Assembly (NCBI GenBank): GCA_964016885.1
Contig: OZ024742.1
Span: 219,232,001-219,296,000 of the forward strand
Source: Eledone cirrhosa
Taxonomy: Eukaryota
Direction of reading: 5' to 3'
Length of the DNA: 64,000 nt
Shown: positions 12,263 to 24,866 of the stretch, in pieces
Position numbering within the stretch: position 1 is the first letter of the stretch
Layout: the number at the start of each line of letters is the position of its first letter
Notes under the pieces: model-generated
The model's input: the letters and a program-made list of their open reading frames with translations, nothing else
What the model was told of the DNA's origin: nothing
The model's database searches: none
Program-made: the position numbers and the translations under genes

Positions 12263-15009
12263 TTATCTCCCCTGTTTGCTGAAAATTTAAAGTAAGTGAG
12301 ACTGTCACTACTCTAAAACAATAGCGTAAGGTCTTCGAAATGCTTTTAATTAAGCAAACAATGTATTGCAAAATACACTATATATACATTCATATATATA
12401 TCGCTATTTCAAAGCACCAATTCTAATATACATATATATATAGGCACAAATAATTAAATGAGACAGAAGCTCATACAGGACAATTACGACTGCCCAATGA
12501 AATTTTCTTACCCACATATCTTCTCTTTGTCACCTTTGACCTTTTCCAGTTGCGAAAATTTGGTCATACAATGTAGTTCGTCTCTGTGGGAGCACTTGGC
12601 AGTTGCTTGAACAGCTGTGAAATCATTAGTAATTCAGCGAATAAGAAATACGTAAATTTGTGGAAGAAAGTGTTTCAAATCAACAAAATTATATATCAAG
12701 GCAATAAGAATCTAATTATCGTATTTAAGCCCCAATTACAAATTGGTACAGCATTTTATTATTTTGTCCCCTCTCTCTTTTCACAGACGCAATCAAACTA
12801 TACACACACACACACATATATATATATATGTTTGTGTGTGTGTGTGTTTTAAGAAAAGTGTCCATGGAGAAAGATGGAAGGGTAGAAGGAGAAACAGCTA
12901 CAATAACTGTGAAGTCCAATCATCTTCTTGGAGAATCGGCTGCAAATCTGGTATGTAACGACTGATGCTTTTTGAGTGGTTGTTTGGGTATTTTCTATGA
13001 GAAAGCAATTTCTTTATGCTAGCTTTTTCCATTCAAATCTTATGAAGATTTTTACTGTTCCTTAATCTCTGTGGCACTTGCTGTTTCCATAGAGTCATAT
13101 TGTCTGTGACTGCTTCCCAGATGTCAGAGTTGATAGTGAACATTTTTTATGTCACTCTTGCACACACCTTGTATCAGCGGCATGAGTGACCTTTTCCTCT
13201 TGAACCAAATGACAGTTTACCATATATAGCATGTCTTATGGTATATGGCCGCTATGCAAGTGCTGGATATGTCCAAGCAATTGAAAGCGTCCTAGGGCAG
13301 ATGGAAACTTCAGTTATATGTATATATGTATGTATGATTCCGTAACTCCCGAGGAGTGCTGGTGGCACCGTATTGATATTCGCGCCATTTCTAGGGTATT
13401 TTTTAAACCTAATGGAATCCATCTCCTCTCCAGGTCATTTATATATGCAGTCGTAAATTTCCCATACACTCGTAAAAACCATTGTTCTGCTGTTTGTGGC
13501 AATAAGTTCGTTTCAAAGGTTTCCATCGCGTTAAGCAAGATGAAAGACAATTCTAATGTTTACGCTAAAATTAGATGGTCTCGACTGGAATGCTTTTGAA
13601 ACTGACATTGCAATCTTTCAATTTTACAATACTGCAGCGACTTATATAACTGTCGAGTTCCATTGATATTCCAGCCGTGACCACGTCTTTACTGGCATAT
13701 TATATATATTTTATACAGTATAATCATCCATTTTGAACACGGTGGAATGAAATTTAAAGATGATTTGGCTGATAGAAGTGAAGATGGATGACCAGACTAC
13801 CACATGCGATAAATCACTGTATGTCAGCCTGTGCAGTATGGTGAGTTAAATTTCCTGTGGTGTATTGAGTTCTGAAGTAGGTCACTTTATTTCACATTGC
13901 TCCAGTCCACTCATCTTTTCGTTGAAACCATCAGATTGTCTACTACCACCACCAGAATCATCATCTTTCAGTTTCAACGATGAACATTCAATTGCTCAAT
14001 GAACTTAACTTCCTAGTTGTGAAATCACCAGAGAGCATCGTACATATTAATGGCGCCAGTGGCTGAAAATTCCACAAACATGTGCACCGTTAATGTAATT
14101 CACTAACTGAATCAGTACATCAGCATGGTCATAGTTCAATGATTAAAACCATTAAATGAGTGAAATAATATAAGAACTTACCAGCAACGAGAACGGCAAC
14201 AACTAGGAAAACTTTCAGCATATTGAAATAAGCGATTTTCACTGAGTGAAATTAATTTAAACTTTCTCAAGATGGCTAGAAAGTGAGTGTTGGGCTGATA
14301 CCTTCGCAGCTAATATATAGTGAGAGAGTTATAAAAAATCGATAAAATTCACACCTTGATTCAATAAATACATTCTTATACAAAATTTTAAATTTACTTA
14401 GCCAGATGTTTGTCATAAGATTAAATTGTATTGATTGTAAATGTTTATGAATTGCTAAAAGGTTTTCTATTTGCAGTACGTGGTGTCAAGCTGGCAATCA
14501 ACAAACGAAGGAAGTGCATCTTTTTCTTTTGTCTTTTTTTGTTTTCAGAAATGTATAATTCTTATTTGCCGTCTTAAGTATTATTTAGTATCAACTGATT
14601 GGTTAATATTTATTTACGATTTAGTTAGTAAATAAATCAATATAAGTATATCTGTGAAAAAAAAAGGTGAACAATCCAGAAAATAAAATATCCTTCCGTA
14701 TGCTAAAATGAGAAAAAAGGTTGACAGCACGATGAGAACAAAACAACAGCATGATGGTGACAAATGCAACAGCATGATGGTGACACAGTGTGGCTCCTTA
14801 ATTAAACATTGAACTTTAAACTAAGCCATATGTCATTTTTAAGGCGCAGAAAATGTGTCGGATTAGCGTGATACCCACAAGTTTATTTAGTCATCATTGA
14901 AGCCTTTCATTAACATATTTCCAATGAAATACACTGTCTATGTATTTAACCCTTCCATTACCATATTTCTAATGAAAAACAGTCTGAAGATAGTATTAAA
15001 TAAGATATG

Positions 15010-16673
15010 TGTAGTGATGTTTTGTCGTTACATATTGTTTATACTTGAGGAACGAAATCAAGAGGTGTTTACCTTAACGGTGTCGAGCTTCAAGAGAGAG
15101 TTTATCGAAGGAAGCGGGAATTTCTCCATTTGGGCGGAAGTTGAGATACATATCCTTATGCTGAACTCAGCCAAAGAACGTACGGAAAGGGTATCAATGC
15201 GTCAAAGGAAAGTAGCTTACTACAATACCCCCTATTTAGTCCGGAAGGACGATAAATAAGATTGAATGAGCATTGATAACCAGCAGGAAAACGCTGAAAG
15301 AGAGCACATCAATGAAAAATTTGAACAAAAGAATGCATGCAAGAAGAAAAATTGTAAGTGAGGCGCTAAGAGCCTTGTTAAGCCGCTGTGTCAAATGACT
15401 AGTTGTTTTGTTATTTATACGTGACCACCCGGGGTCTAACAGAAAAATGGACAAAGTCTGACATGGGCGAAAATTTGCTGTTCTTGCATTAACTGTTAGT
15501 TGTTATGGTAATTGTTTTACAAGAGCTGTGTAGCTGTTATGGTAAATGTTGTACCAGAGCTGTGTAGCTGTTGTCAATGATGATGCTGTTCATGTTTTAC
15601 CAGAGCTGTATAGTTGTTATGGCAAATGCAGTACCAGAGCGGTGTAGATGAAGCTGTTATGGTAGTTTACCAGTAGCTGTGTATGGGCAAGTATCTGTAT
15701 TTGCCGATTGTTAATTCCGGTGAAGAGAGATCCAACGACTCTAGCATGGTTGTTATGCAGCCATAAAATGTCAGTCAATATTCGAAAGTGTGGTGGGTTG
15801 CGTCGGTAAGGCTATAAAAGCTGCCACATCGTTGACGATTACGCTGCTGATGTGACGAAGTTGTTTTTAAAGCATCTTTCCCGTGATGCTGCTGTTGTTG
15901 TTGATGTTGATGTCAATGGAAGCCATATTGAAAAACACATTTTTCTCGCGTTGTAATTTTTTAAAATACAGCTAATTTTTCCTCAAAGAATGTTTTCTTA
16001 GACAGGTTCATTGAAGGTAAACAACATGATGTCATGTTATCAACAAGAACGTTTTTACATGGTGTTGATACAATACAATACAAGAAAAGTTTGCGTGTTG
16101 TTCTCTTTTTAAAAATACTACTTCTTATTTTATTTTTTTAGGGGAACATTTAGTTCGAAAAGGTTCCCGCGACGGAGTCACCAATGAAGATAGTATTAAA
16201 TAAGATATATATGTGTGTGTGTGTTAATATTTGTATTAGTGTATTTTGAATCGATAGAAGTCACCAGTGAAGCAGTTAAAGGCAATGTTGTGGTAAATAG
16301 CATCATAAGACTTTATAACGTTTTAATATAATTTATTAACAAAGATTGCGAGAAGAGCTACGTTAGCTGGACTGGATGGCGTGCCAAAAGAAATGAAGAA
16401 ACAAAATTAAGGTTTGAGAAGGTACGGTCAACTGGCTGAGTCCCGTAGTGATGTTTTGTTGCTACATATTGTTTATACTTGAGAACGAAATCAAGAGGTG
16501 TTTACCTTAACGGTGTCGAGCTGCAAGATAGAGAGTTTATCGAAATAAGCGGGAATTTCTCCATTTGGGCGGAAGTTGAGATACATTTCCCTACGCTGGT
16601 AACGATTAGCTGAATTCAGCCAAACAACGCACGGAAAGGGTATCAATGCGCCAACGTAAAGTAACTTGCTACA
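15010..16673. repeat. Unclassified interspersed repeat: direct copies 15010-15223 and 16445-16673, inverted copy 9431-9551
   Basis: Visible identity, e.g. GGAATTTCTCCATTTGGGCGGAAGTTGAGATACAT and ACGGAAAGGGTATCAATGCG. Confidence 0.7.
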
Positions 16674-17242
16674 AGTCTATGACTTGCAAATTCTGAAGAT
16701 ATTGAAGAATTTGGAGTGGTTTAATAATTCAACTAACTTTATCAGTATCAAAAGGATATTTGGAGCAAAATTTAACAAAGGTTCTTGCATAAAGTTATGA
16801 GAAGTGATATCTAGATAATTATAAACATTTTAAAATAAACAGCTTCGTATCGTAGAACCATGGGTGGCTTCATGTATGAAATGGGTTAATGAGAGACAAA
16901 CCTCTCTCTGGATAGAACAGTTAATTGAAGATCTCTTTTTCTATTTAACGCACGTCAGTTGTAGTGCTCTTATTGTTTGGTCCTTCAAAATCACTTCTTA
17001 TATCAATTCACAAAAGATCCTTTCCGATCAGTCGTTAAAGATGTGAGTTACTTGTAATGGATATTACAGCTTTTTCAGGTGATAAGCAAAACTTGTAAAT
17101 CGGATTTTTTTGTTGTGAACCAGATTTGCACATTAAAAGGGTGTTTCAAATATAACTTTCATCTTATGAATATATCGGCATCCTGCATTGGCATCCCGCA
17201 TTGGCATCCTGCACTGGCACGCAATTGATTCTAACTAGTGAA

Positions 17243-17356
17243 GGGACGTGGCTTAGTGGTTAGAGAATTGGATTCACAATCGTGAGGTTGTGAGTTCGAT
17301 TCCCGGACTGGGCGATGCGTTTTGTCTTTGAGAAAACACGTTATTTCACATTGCTC
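17243..17356 (+). mobile_element. Second tRNA-derived SINE family with a CORE-like segment (5' part)
   Basis: TGGCTTAGTGGTTAG A-box, GAGTTCGATTCCC B-box, then TGTCTTTGAGAAAACACG; related piece at about 7620-7710(-). Confidence 0.6.
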
Positions 17357-17624
17357 TTTCTGCCAGGAATTGCGACCAATAGATAGTATCAACAATGGAA
17401 AGACCAATGGAAGTATTGTTTCTTTGGTCTGATTTGACAAGTTCCACTCCACTCGGTAAGTGAACAATGTCTTATCGATCGTTTTGTTTCCAGTATTAAT
17501 GCTTCCTTGTTAACCTGTTACACCCCTTCTTAAATAATTCATGTGAATTGCTTTTCTTAATGATTGATACGGTTTTAAAATATCCTTTTGTCTTATACTT
17601 TTAGCTTGCCTTTCATTGCTATTA

Positions 17625-17780
17625 GGCGGTAAAATGGCAGATTCGTTAGAACGTCGGATAGTATGCTTTGTGGTACTCGTTCTGGCTCTCTGCTCTCTCA
17701 GTTCAAATCCACCGAAGTCAACTTTGCCTTTCATTCTTTCCAGAATGATAAAAAAAAGTACCAGTCTAGTTCTAGGGTTG
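17625..17780 (+). mobile_element. Diverged SINE copy
   Basis: GGCGG start, GTTCAAATCC B-box, TTTGCCTTTCAT body. Confidence 0.65.
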
Positions 17781-17967
17781 ATTCTTCCTCTATATCTCTT
17801 TCTCACTTTCTATCCTTCTCTGAAATAAATCTGTTGTACTCAAGCCTAGAGGGGGGTGGGCTCCGCCAGGCTTAAAATGCCCATGAAACGCCGTATTTCA
17901 ATACGGCACCACTACGAGTCCATCAGGATTTACGGAATTATATCATATCACTCACTTCTATTAGTTT

Positions 17968-18345
17968 CACCGCCTTCCAAGCCATGCCGCGCTCAACGAG
18001 GTCATAAAGCATGACTTGGATGTTGCAGGCTTCCCCTCCCAACTCGATCCGGTGGGACTGGACCGAGGGGACGGCAAAAGGCCAGACGGTATGACCATCT
18101 TCCAGTTCCGCGGTGGAAAACCCATAGTCTGGGATGCCACTTGCAGCAAACCTTCTGCAGCCGCAACCTAGTGCAGTCTGCGACTAACCAAGGTTCTGTC
18201 GCGCTTCGGGCTGAGGAGAGTAAACTCTCAAAGTATCAGTTGCTCTCCGACAGGTTTGCGGTAGTGCCCCTTGCAGTGGAGACTTCTCGTGCCCTTGGCC
18301 CCAGGGCTACCTCCCTACTTACCACCATAGGCGCTGAGCTGCATC
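17968..18345 (+). mobile_element. CRE-clade endonuclease fragment, paralog of 4935-5530
   Basis: HAALNEVIKH...GKRPDGMTIF...WDATC...TFCSRNLVQSAT...PLAVETS. Confidence 0.8.
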
Positions 18346-18464
18346 AGTGATGTCAGAGCTGATGTCAGAGCTGCATCAGTGAAAATACCAGAATTATGGA
18401 CATCTTTACCAGAAGTTTGATTTGTTAGAGTAAAATCCCAATCTAACCTCTCCCCCACCCCCGT

Positions 18465-18725
18465 ATAGTTACTACCACAAAGAAAAGCTACATTACTTTT
18501 GACCGTGAACCGCTAGCAACACACAAAGCCATTAAACATTTCAGATATTTTCTTAAAGGTCGACATTTCACTCTTTTCATTGATCATAAGCAACAGCTCT
18601 GCAAAGTGAAAGTGAGAAATCTCTAAGACAAACAAGACATTTGTCATTCATTGCTGAATTCTCAAATGACATTCAATATGTTAATGGCTAATTCAACATT
18701 GTAGCAAACACACTTTCACGTGTAG
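18465..18725 (+). mobile_element. Ty3/Gypsy RNase H fragment
   Basis: Y.TFDREPLA.HKAIKHFRYFLKGRHFTLFIDHK...RHLSFIAEF...NIVANTLSR. Confidence 0.75.
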
Positions 18726-18805
18726 GATCCATACATTTGTGAGATTGATTGAAATCAAGAAGCTAATGTGAATTTTTTATTTCAACAGCCTCTGCCTTCA
18801 ATCAA

Positions 18806-19596
18806 CTTCGAACGGCAACCATACCAACGTTACCTTACAAACGGCACCATACCAACGGCACTATACCTGTAACGAAGGGTATTAGTAAGAAATTGTTAGA
18901 GGTAATAACAAGAATAGCTGATTTACTTTATATATAAAAAGGTTTACTTCACTTCAGTCAAAAAGAACAATGAACAAGTTACCACGAGTTGCGAATGTTG
19001 ACGATGTATTTTTGTCGTTGGTTCATGAGGCTGATGTAGTCTGAGACCAGGTGAAAGAGAGAGTAATGGCCTGTAGTTGTCTGTAGACCTCTGCGGCCTG
19101 TAGTAGGCAGTGAATCTTTACATAGCTTGTCTATAGAGTACGGCTCCGTTCTCGATCTCTCTGTTTTAACGTGGGATGATACAGGCTTTATATACCTGTC
19201 GCTTTCTGTCTCCCACCTCGAGGGATCGCCTCCACACCGAAAAGGATGGTGACCTAGAATTTGACTTTTAGGTGTCACTCAAGGTTCATGGCGTGGACAG
19301 ATTTCGCTACATACCAACGGCACCATACCAACGGCACCATACCAACGGCACCGTACCAACGGCACCATACCAACGGCACCGTACCAACGTTACCTTATCA
19401 ACGGCACCATACCAATGGCACCATACCAACGGTACCTTACCAATGGCACCTTACCAGGGATACCATACCAACGGTACCATACCAACGGCGCCTTACCAAC
19501 GGCGCCTTACCAACGGCACAATACCAACGACACCTTACCAACGGCACCATACCAACGGTACCATACCAACGGCACCTTACCAACGGTACCTTATCA
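18806..19596 (+). repeat. 14-bp minisatellite (GGCACCATACCAAC)n, split by a solo LTR
   Basis: About 4 units at 18806-18867 and about 20 units at 19312-19596. Confidence 0.9.
18868..19311. mobile_element. Solo LTR (about 444 bp)
   Basis: TG...CA ends, terminal inverted TGTAACGAA/TTCGCTACA, 4-bp TSD TACC. Confidence 0.75.
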
Positions 19597-20399
19597 ACAA
19601 TAGATGAAAGCTTCAAATGGAGATGAGAACTGGTCATCCTGGAGATTTGAACCAACTGAACTAGTTTATGATTCATCACTTCACTTTCCAGAAAAAAATA
19701 ATAATTTACATCACTATATCACGATAGAGTCTCTCACTCTTTGAACCACGTGTACATATGTGCATGCACATGCATACACGTGCACAGCTGCTAATACACA
19801 CACAAGCGCAAACAAACCGGCTCCCAAACACCCCGCCGCAAATAGCTCTGCTTTAACCAAGGACTCCGACAGCTGAGGCTTCTCTTTCAAAACCACCACG
19901 CCAAACATCATCGACATCATCATCCACAGAAACTATCTTCCCACGACAATACACTCAACTCTTCAATATTACCTCGTACAACGCGTTCGAGACGAGCTAT
20001 CAAACTTCCATTACGCTATGCAAGTGCTTCTCTGGGAGGGAAGTAATGTAGAAACCGCATTTCGTTTTGTTAACTTCAGTTTCACAGGTTAAAAACACAG
20101 AAATTATCCATCTCAATTAATTAAGATAGTCAATCTCTGCCAGGAACTTGTCTGAGAGTTTTCTGTTCCCCCCAAAATTAAGAGAGACAAAATATGTCTG
20201 CCCGGATCTCGTGCGAACCCGAAATAAAAACCAGCATGGTGCACAATAATGTACGCATGTGCAGAATTATGTTCTAAGCGATATTATTCATTGAGATGTA
20301 ATGTATATTACTGACTAATTTTTATAATATATATATATGATCGTTATACATAATCGTTATATATTATATATCGATATCCTTTGATATGAATATATATAT

Positions 20400-20491
<92 letters not shown>

Positions 20492-20497
<6 letters not shown>

Positions 20498-21371
20498 GTT
20501 AAAGATGTACATCCATATATGTATACTGAAATACTAGTATGTATATGAATACACACACGTATACATATGTAGGTGTACCAAGTTTTTTCACTGGTCACTT
20601 TACTGTGAGTGGCCAGCTATTCCGTATGTAAACACACAGACAAACCGGTTTTTAGAGTCATACCAGTATGACTCTAAAAACCGGTTTGTCTGTGTGTTTA
20701 CATACGGAATAGCTGGCCACTCACAGTAAAGTGACCAGTGAAAAAACTTGGTACACCTACATATGTATACGTGTGTGTATTCATATACATACTAGTATTT
20801 CAGTATACATATATGGATGTACATCTTTAACTTAATTGTTTAAGCGTCAGTCATACAAAAGTGAGTTACAAACGAAACGAAATTTAATTTCGTTTCGTTA
20901 TTTGTTTTTATCGTCTCCGTTGAACCGGTACTTACTCACACTCTATGCAAATTAGTCTGCCCACTACTAATTTTCATAGAAAAAGCATATAACGATATGT
21001 GCTTTTACGATTCTCTAGAGAGGCCGGAAGATAGGTAAATATTGCTGATGAGTTGTAACAACAACGAAACTAGTTCAATATTCCTTGTCTGGCTTTCTGG
21101 AGAATAGAGGAGAGGTGTTTCCTCAAAAACCAGTATGACTCTAAAAACCGGTTTGTCTGTGTGTTTACATACGGAATAGCTGGCCACTCACAGTAAAGTG
21201 ACCAGTGAAAAAACTTGGTACACCTACATATGTATACGTGTGTGTATTCATATACATACTAGTATTTCAGTATACATATATGGATGTACATCTTTAACTT
21301 AATTGTTTAAGCGTCAGTCATACAAAAGTGAGTTACAAACGAAACGAAATTTAATTTCGTTTCGTTATTTG

Positions 21372-21378
<7 letters not shown>
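20492..21378 (+). mobile_element. Non-coding HHR retroelement (retrozyme- or pLTR-like): 172-bp-arm palindrome plus partial tandem with about 467-bp period
   Basis: 20492-20663 is the reverse complement of 20666-20837; 20662-20910 repeats at 21129-21377; flanked by (TA)n on both sides. Confidence 0.85.
21038..21082 (+). ncRNA. Minimal type-I hammerhead ribozyme
   Basis: aatattg-CTGATGA-gttg(taacaa)caac-GAAA-ctag-TT-caatatt: 7-bp stem I, intact core, palindromic stem III ACTAGT. Confidence 0.85.
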
Positions 21379-21441
<63 letters not shown>

Positions 21442-21539
21442 TATATATATATGTGTATATACAGTATATGCTTTAATTTTAAATCAGTATATAAAATGTT
21501 TTTAATTTTTTTTCTTTGGAGCATATATGAAGAGTTTGT

Positions 21540-22110
21540 GGGGTCTTTCTAGTCTGGAATAACCTACATACAATTGACCACTTGAGAAACAGCCCTCTTC
21601 TAGACGGAGACCGACAACCTGCAGTGTTTGACCTTGGGATTGATGATAGTCATTGCGTAACTGACGCTAAACTGGGAATTGAAATCATTTGAAACGAAAG
21701 GGGACATCTGTTTGTATTAGTGACATTCTAGTTATAAATGTAATGTCTCCTTTACCACATCTAGCGAGGATTTTAGCTTTGATAATGTGAGGCTGTAGTT
21801 CTGTCACAACCATATGCGTCCCATTGTACAATATTGGCCGATCCAGGTTTCTAAGAAGCATGGAGATCGTGCCCCCTTTTTCAATTGAAGGTTGTGTGGC
21901 CGTATACCGGACGGTTCCAAACTGTTGAGAAATTCAACGAGACAATGAACAGCTTCGTCCTTGACGACAACTTTGTCGATAAATTTATTGGTCTGGCTAC
22001 CTCCAGAGATCATTTACGAGAGATTTTGTTGATGGCACTCACTATGATGCTTTTGGGGTCAGGGGTTGTTCTTTCACACAGCCACTCCTCATTGGAATGG
22101 TGGGGTTAGA
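21540..22110 (-). mobile_element. Helitron Pif1-like helicase fragment (pseudogenised)
   Basis: EFLNSLEPSGIRPHNLQLKKGA...NG...FQFPV...SQGQTLQVVG...GQLYVGYSR, with frameshifts. Confidence 0.85.
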
Positions 22111-22645
22111 AATTGGGGAGCACTTAATTAATTAAGCTTACAACGCTTTCTACAACAGTACAAAATGATGAAGGATCAAAACACCCTCCGGTATCAAGGG
22201 ATTGCTCTTCTATAAATTTAAACGTTGGAGAGGTGCTTATCTGTAACTCCGTGTGGACCCCTCCCTTCCTGCTTCTGTTATTAGCACTGAAGAAATTTCC
22301 GAGGCAGGGAAAGACCGAGTGTTGTCCCCCACTGGCCAACCCATTCGAAAAAATTAACTTATATAAAACTTTTTGATTCTTGGCCAAGCTTAAGTAAACG
22401 GAAGGAACAAATCAAACGCTACAGTACAATGAAGAAACATACTAGTTTAACGCTTGATACAGTAAGAAAAGAGCCTTTATGTTTTCGGACACTTGTGTGT
22501 GTAAATACACACACACATATATTAATACATACATATATTATTTTTTAGTTATGTATTTTATGTTACAATAATTATATATATAATTATTATAACATGAAAT
22601 AAATACATACATATATATATATATTTATATATATATTTATATATA

Positions 22646-22716
<71 letters not shown>

Positions 22717-22853
22717 ATATATATGAATGTATATATAGTGTATTTTGCAATACACTGTATGCTTAATTAAAATCATTTTGAAGACCATACGCTATTGCTT
22801 TAAAGTAGTGACAATGTCACTTACTTAAATTTTCAGCAAACAGGGAGAGTAGT

Positions 22854-22900
22854 GAGCTTTGATAAGTACCAACAAGTACGAAACAGAGCTCTGTCAGCTT
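22854..22900 (+). ncRNA. Minimal type-I hammerhead ribozyme, U3:A8 variant
   Basis: agct-TTGATAA-gtac(caacaa)gtac-GAAA-cagagctctg-TC-agct; same family as 12217. Confidence 0.75.
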
Positions 22901-23079
22901 ATCTCCCCATATACATCCATATATATATCGCTATTTCAGAGCACCAATTCTAATTATAAATATATATATATATGTGAGTGTCTATGTATGTATGTTTATC
23001 CCGGGTTCAATCGGGGGTAACCACAGTAAGTAAGGTACTCAATACATAGCAGAGTATAATTTTATTTAAATATAGAAAT

Positions 23080-23131
23080 GGCTTCTACAGGTCTAGAATT
23101 GTTTCATTCGAAGGAAATCATCAGGAAAGCC
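23080..23131 (-). ncRNA. Type-I hammerhead ribozyme
   Basis: Minus strand ggctttc-CTGATGA-tttccttcgaat-GAAA-ca...tg-TA-gaagcc. Confidence 0.6.
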
Positions 23132-23184
23132 CTGATCATTTATAAATTATATATATATTTATAAATTATATATATATATATATA

Positions 23185-23264
<80 letters not shown>

Positions 23265-23419
23265 GATAACAAATTATCATTATAGGTAATCTAGTTAGAG
23301 GTTGTGAGTACTCTGTATTATGGATAGTTTTAACGTACGGCGTTGTTTGACTCAACAAGAGGTTTCCTTAGTTAGGTGGCGAGTTCACGGGAATTCCTAT
23401 GCAGGTTAATCTTGGAGTA

Positions 23420-23773
23420 ATAATGGTGAACGAGTGAAGAATAACATGGTCAACAGTACAAAAAGGGTTTTAGTTTCAGTATTAACAATTGTTTCATTGA
23501 TTAGGATGTCTAAAGGTTGCTAATTAGGATGTCTAAGGTTGCTAATTGATGTTGTTATTTGAATTCTCTGTAGTATAAATACAAACATCGAGTGTAATTT
23601 TGTCAGTTATTCCGATGATTTGATTAGGCATACACTGTATTGAAGGTTGAGTGACACAACTTCGAATGATTAGCGGCCTTTAGACATCCTAATCAATCAA
23701 ACAATTGTTAATACTGTAAATAAAACCCTTTTTGTACTGTTGACCATGGTATTCTTCACTCTTTCACTATTAT
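23420..23773. repeat. Inverted repeat with about 105-bp arms; family also present at about 29690-29890
   Basis: 23420-23525 is the reverse complement of 23669-23773; the arm contains GAAA-CAATTG-T. Confidence 0.8.
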
Positions 23774-24178
23774 ATATATATATATATAAATGAATAAAAA
23801 CAATGAATAAAAACAATGAATAAAAACAAAGAAATAGTTCCTTATATTAAAAAATTCATCATTTTACGATCGTTTCTAGGATATATATGTGTGTGTTGGT
23901 ATGTATATCATATAGATCTATGTAAACATTTTACAAACTATCAGAGGAAATATACATACCTACACATATATATGCTGTCTTCAGAAATAATGATATTTGT
24001 TTTTAATATAAGGAACTGTTTCTTTGTTTTTATTCATTGTTTTTATTATTTTATCCTGACTCTGTTTTCCTGTGATTTTCATCGAAAAAACTTTTGAATA
24101 CATCTTCCCTTTTCATGATATTTGGATTACATTGAGTTCTTCATATGGATTGGACACTGCCGTATATTTTGGTAGATT

Positions 24179-24314
<136 letters not shown>

Positions 24315-24536
24315 TGTATCATGCAATAAAATATAAATATATATTTCAAATATGTTCCTTCGTTTGTTTTCTGTCATCTTATAAACATGCGTAAAAACCC
24401 GTCAAAAACTTAAAATTATATGTATATATATATAATTTTAAGTTTTTGACGGGTTTTTACGCATGTTTATAAGATGACAGAAAACAAACGAAGGAATATA
24501 TTTGAAATATATATTTATATTTTATTGCATGATACA
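24315..24536. repeat. Palindrome with about 105-bp arms around a TA spacer
   Basis: Reverse-complement match seen directly. Confidence 0.85.
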
Positions 24537-24634
24537 GTTATATTACAGGTACGTTTTCATTCATTTTTAGTATCCTTGAAATATATATAATGAAATAAAT
24601 ATGATGCTATAGTGATATATTTTCCATTTATTAC

Positions 24635-24672
<38 letters not shown>

Positions 24673-24807
24673 GTTAAACAAGATTCAATGAGTACATCAA
24701 AGAATAAGTTTTACAGTAGATTGGAAGCATTCTACTGAAAAATATTTTCCAGAGTTATTAATATTTTCCAAATATTAATAAAATAGGTGTTCTTGTGATC
24801 AATTAAA

Positions 24808-24866
24808 TTTTATTATACATATTTCAGAGGTACGTGAATCAGGTTCAACGTCCTCATCAGATAAAA
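24808..24866 (-). ncRNA. Type-I hammerhead ribozyme in the 3' region of a decayed minus-strand PLE (about 24700-25540)
   Basis: ttttat-CTGATGA-[stem II]-GAAA-tatgta-TA-ataaaa; upstream minus-strand remnant KLRILE..HI resembles a GIY-YIG tail. Confidence 0.6.

Noticed and set aside
19312-19596. CRISPR-like array or repetitive protein ORFs (19261-19626)
   Set aside because: Contiguous 14-bp units without unique spacers, eukaryotic context and no cas genes; the ORFs are by-products of a stop-free repeat
21540-22110. Host PIF1 helicase gene
   Set aside because: Intronless, frameshifted fragment typical of Helitron debris
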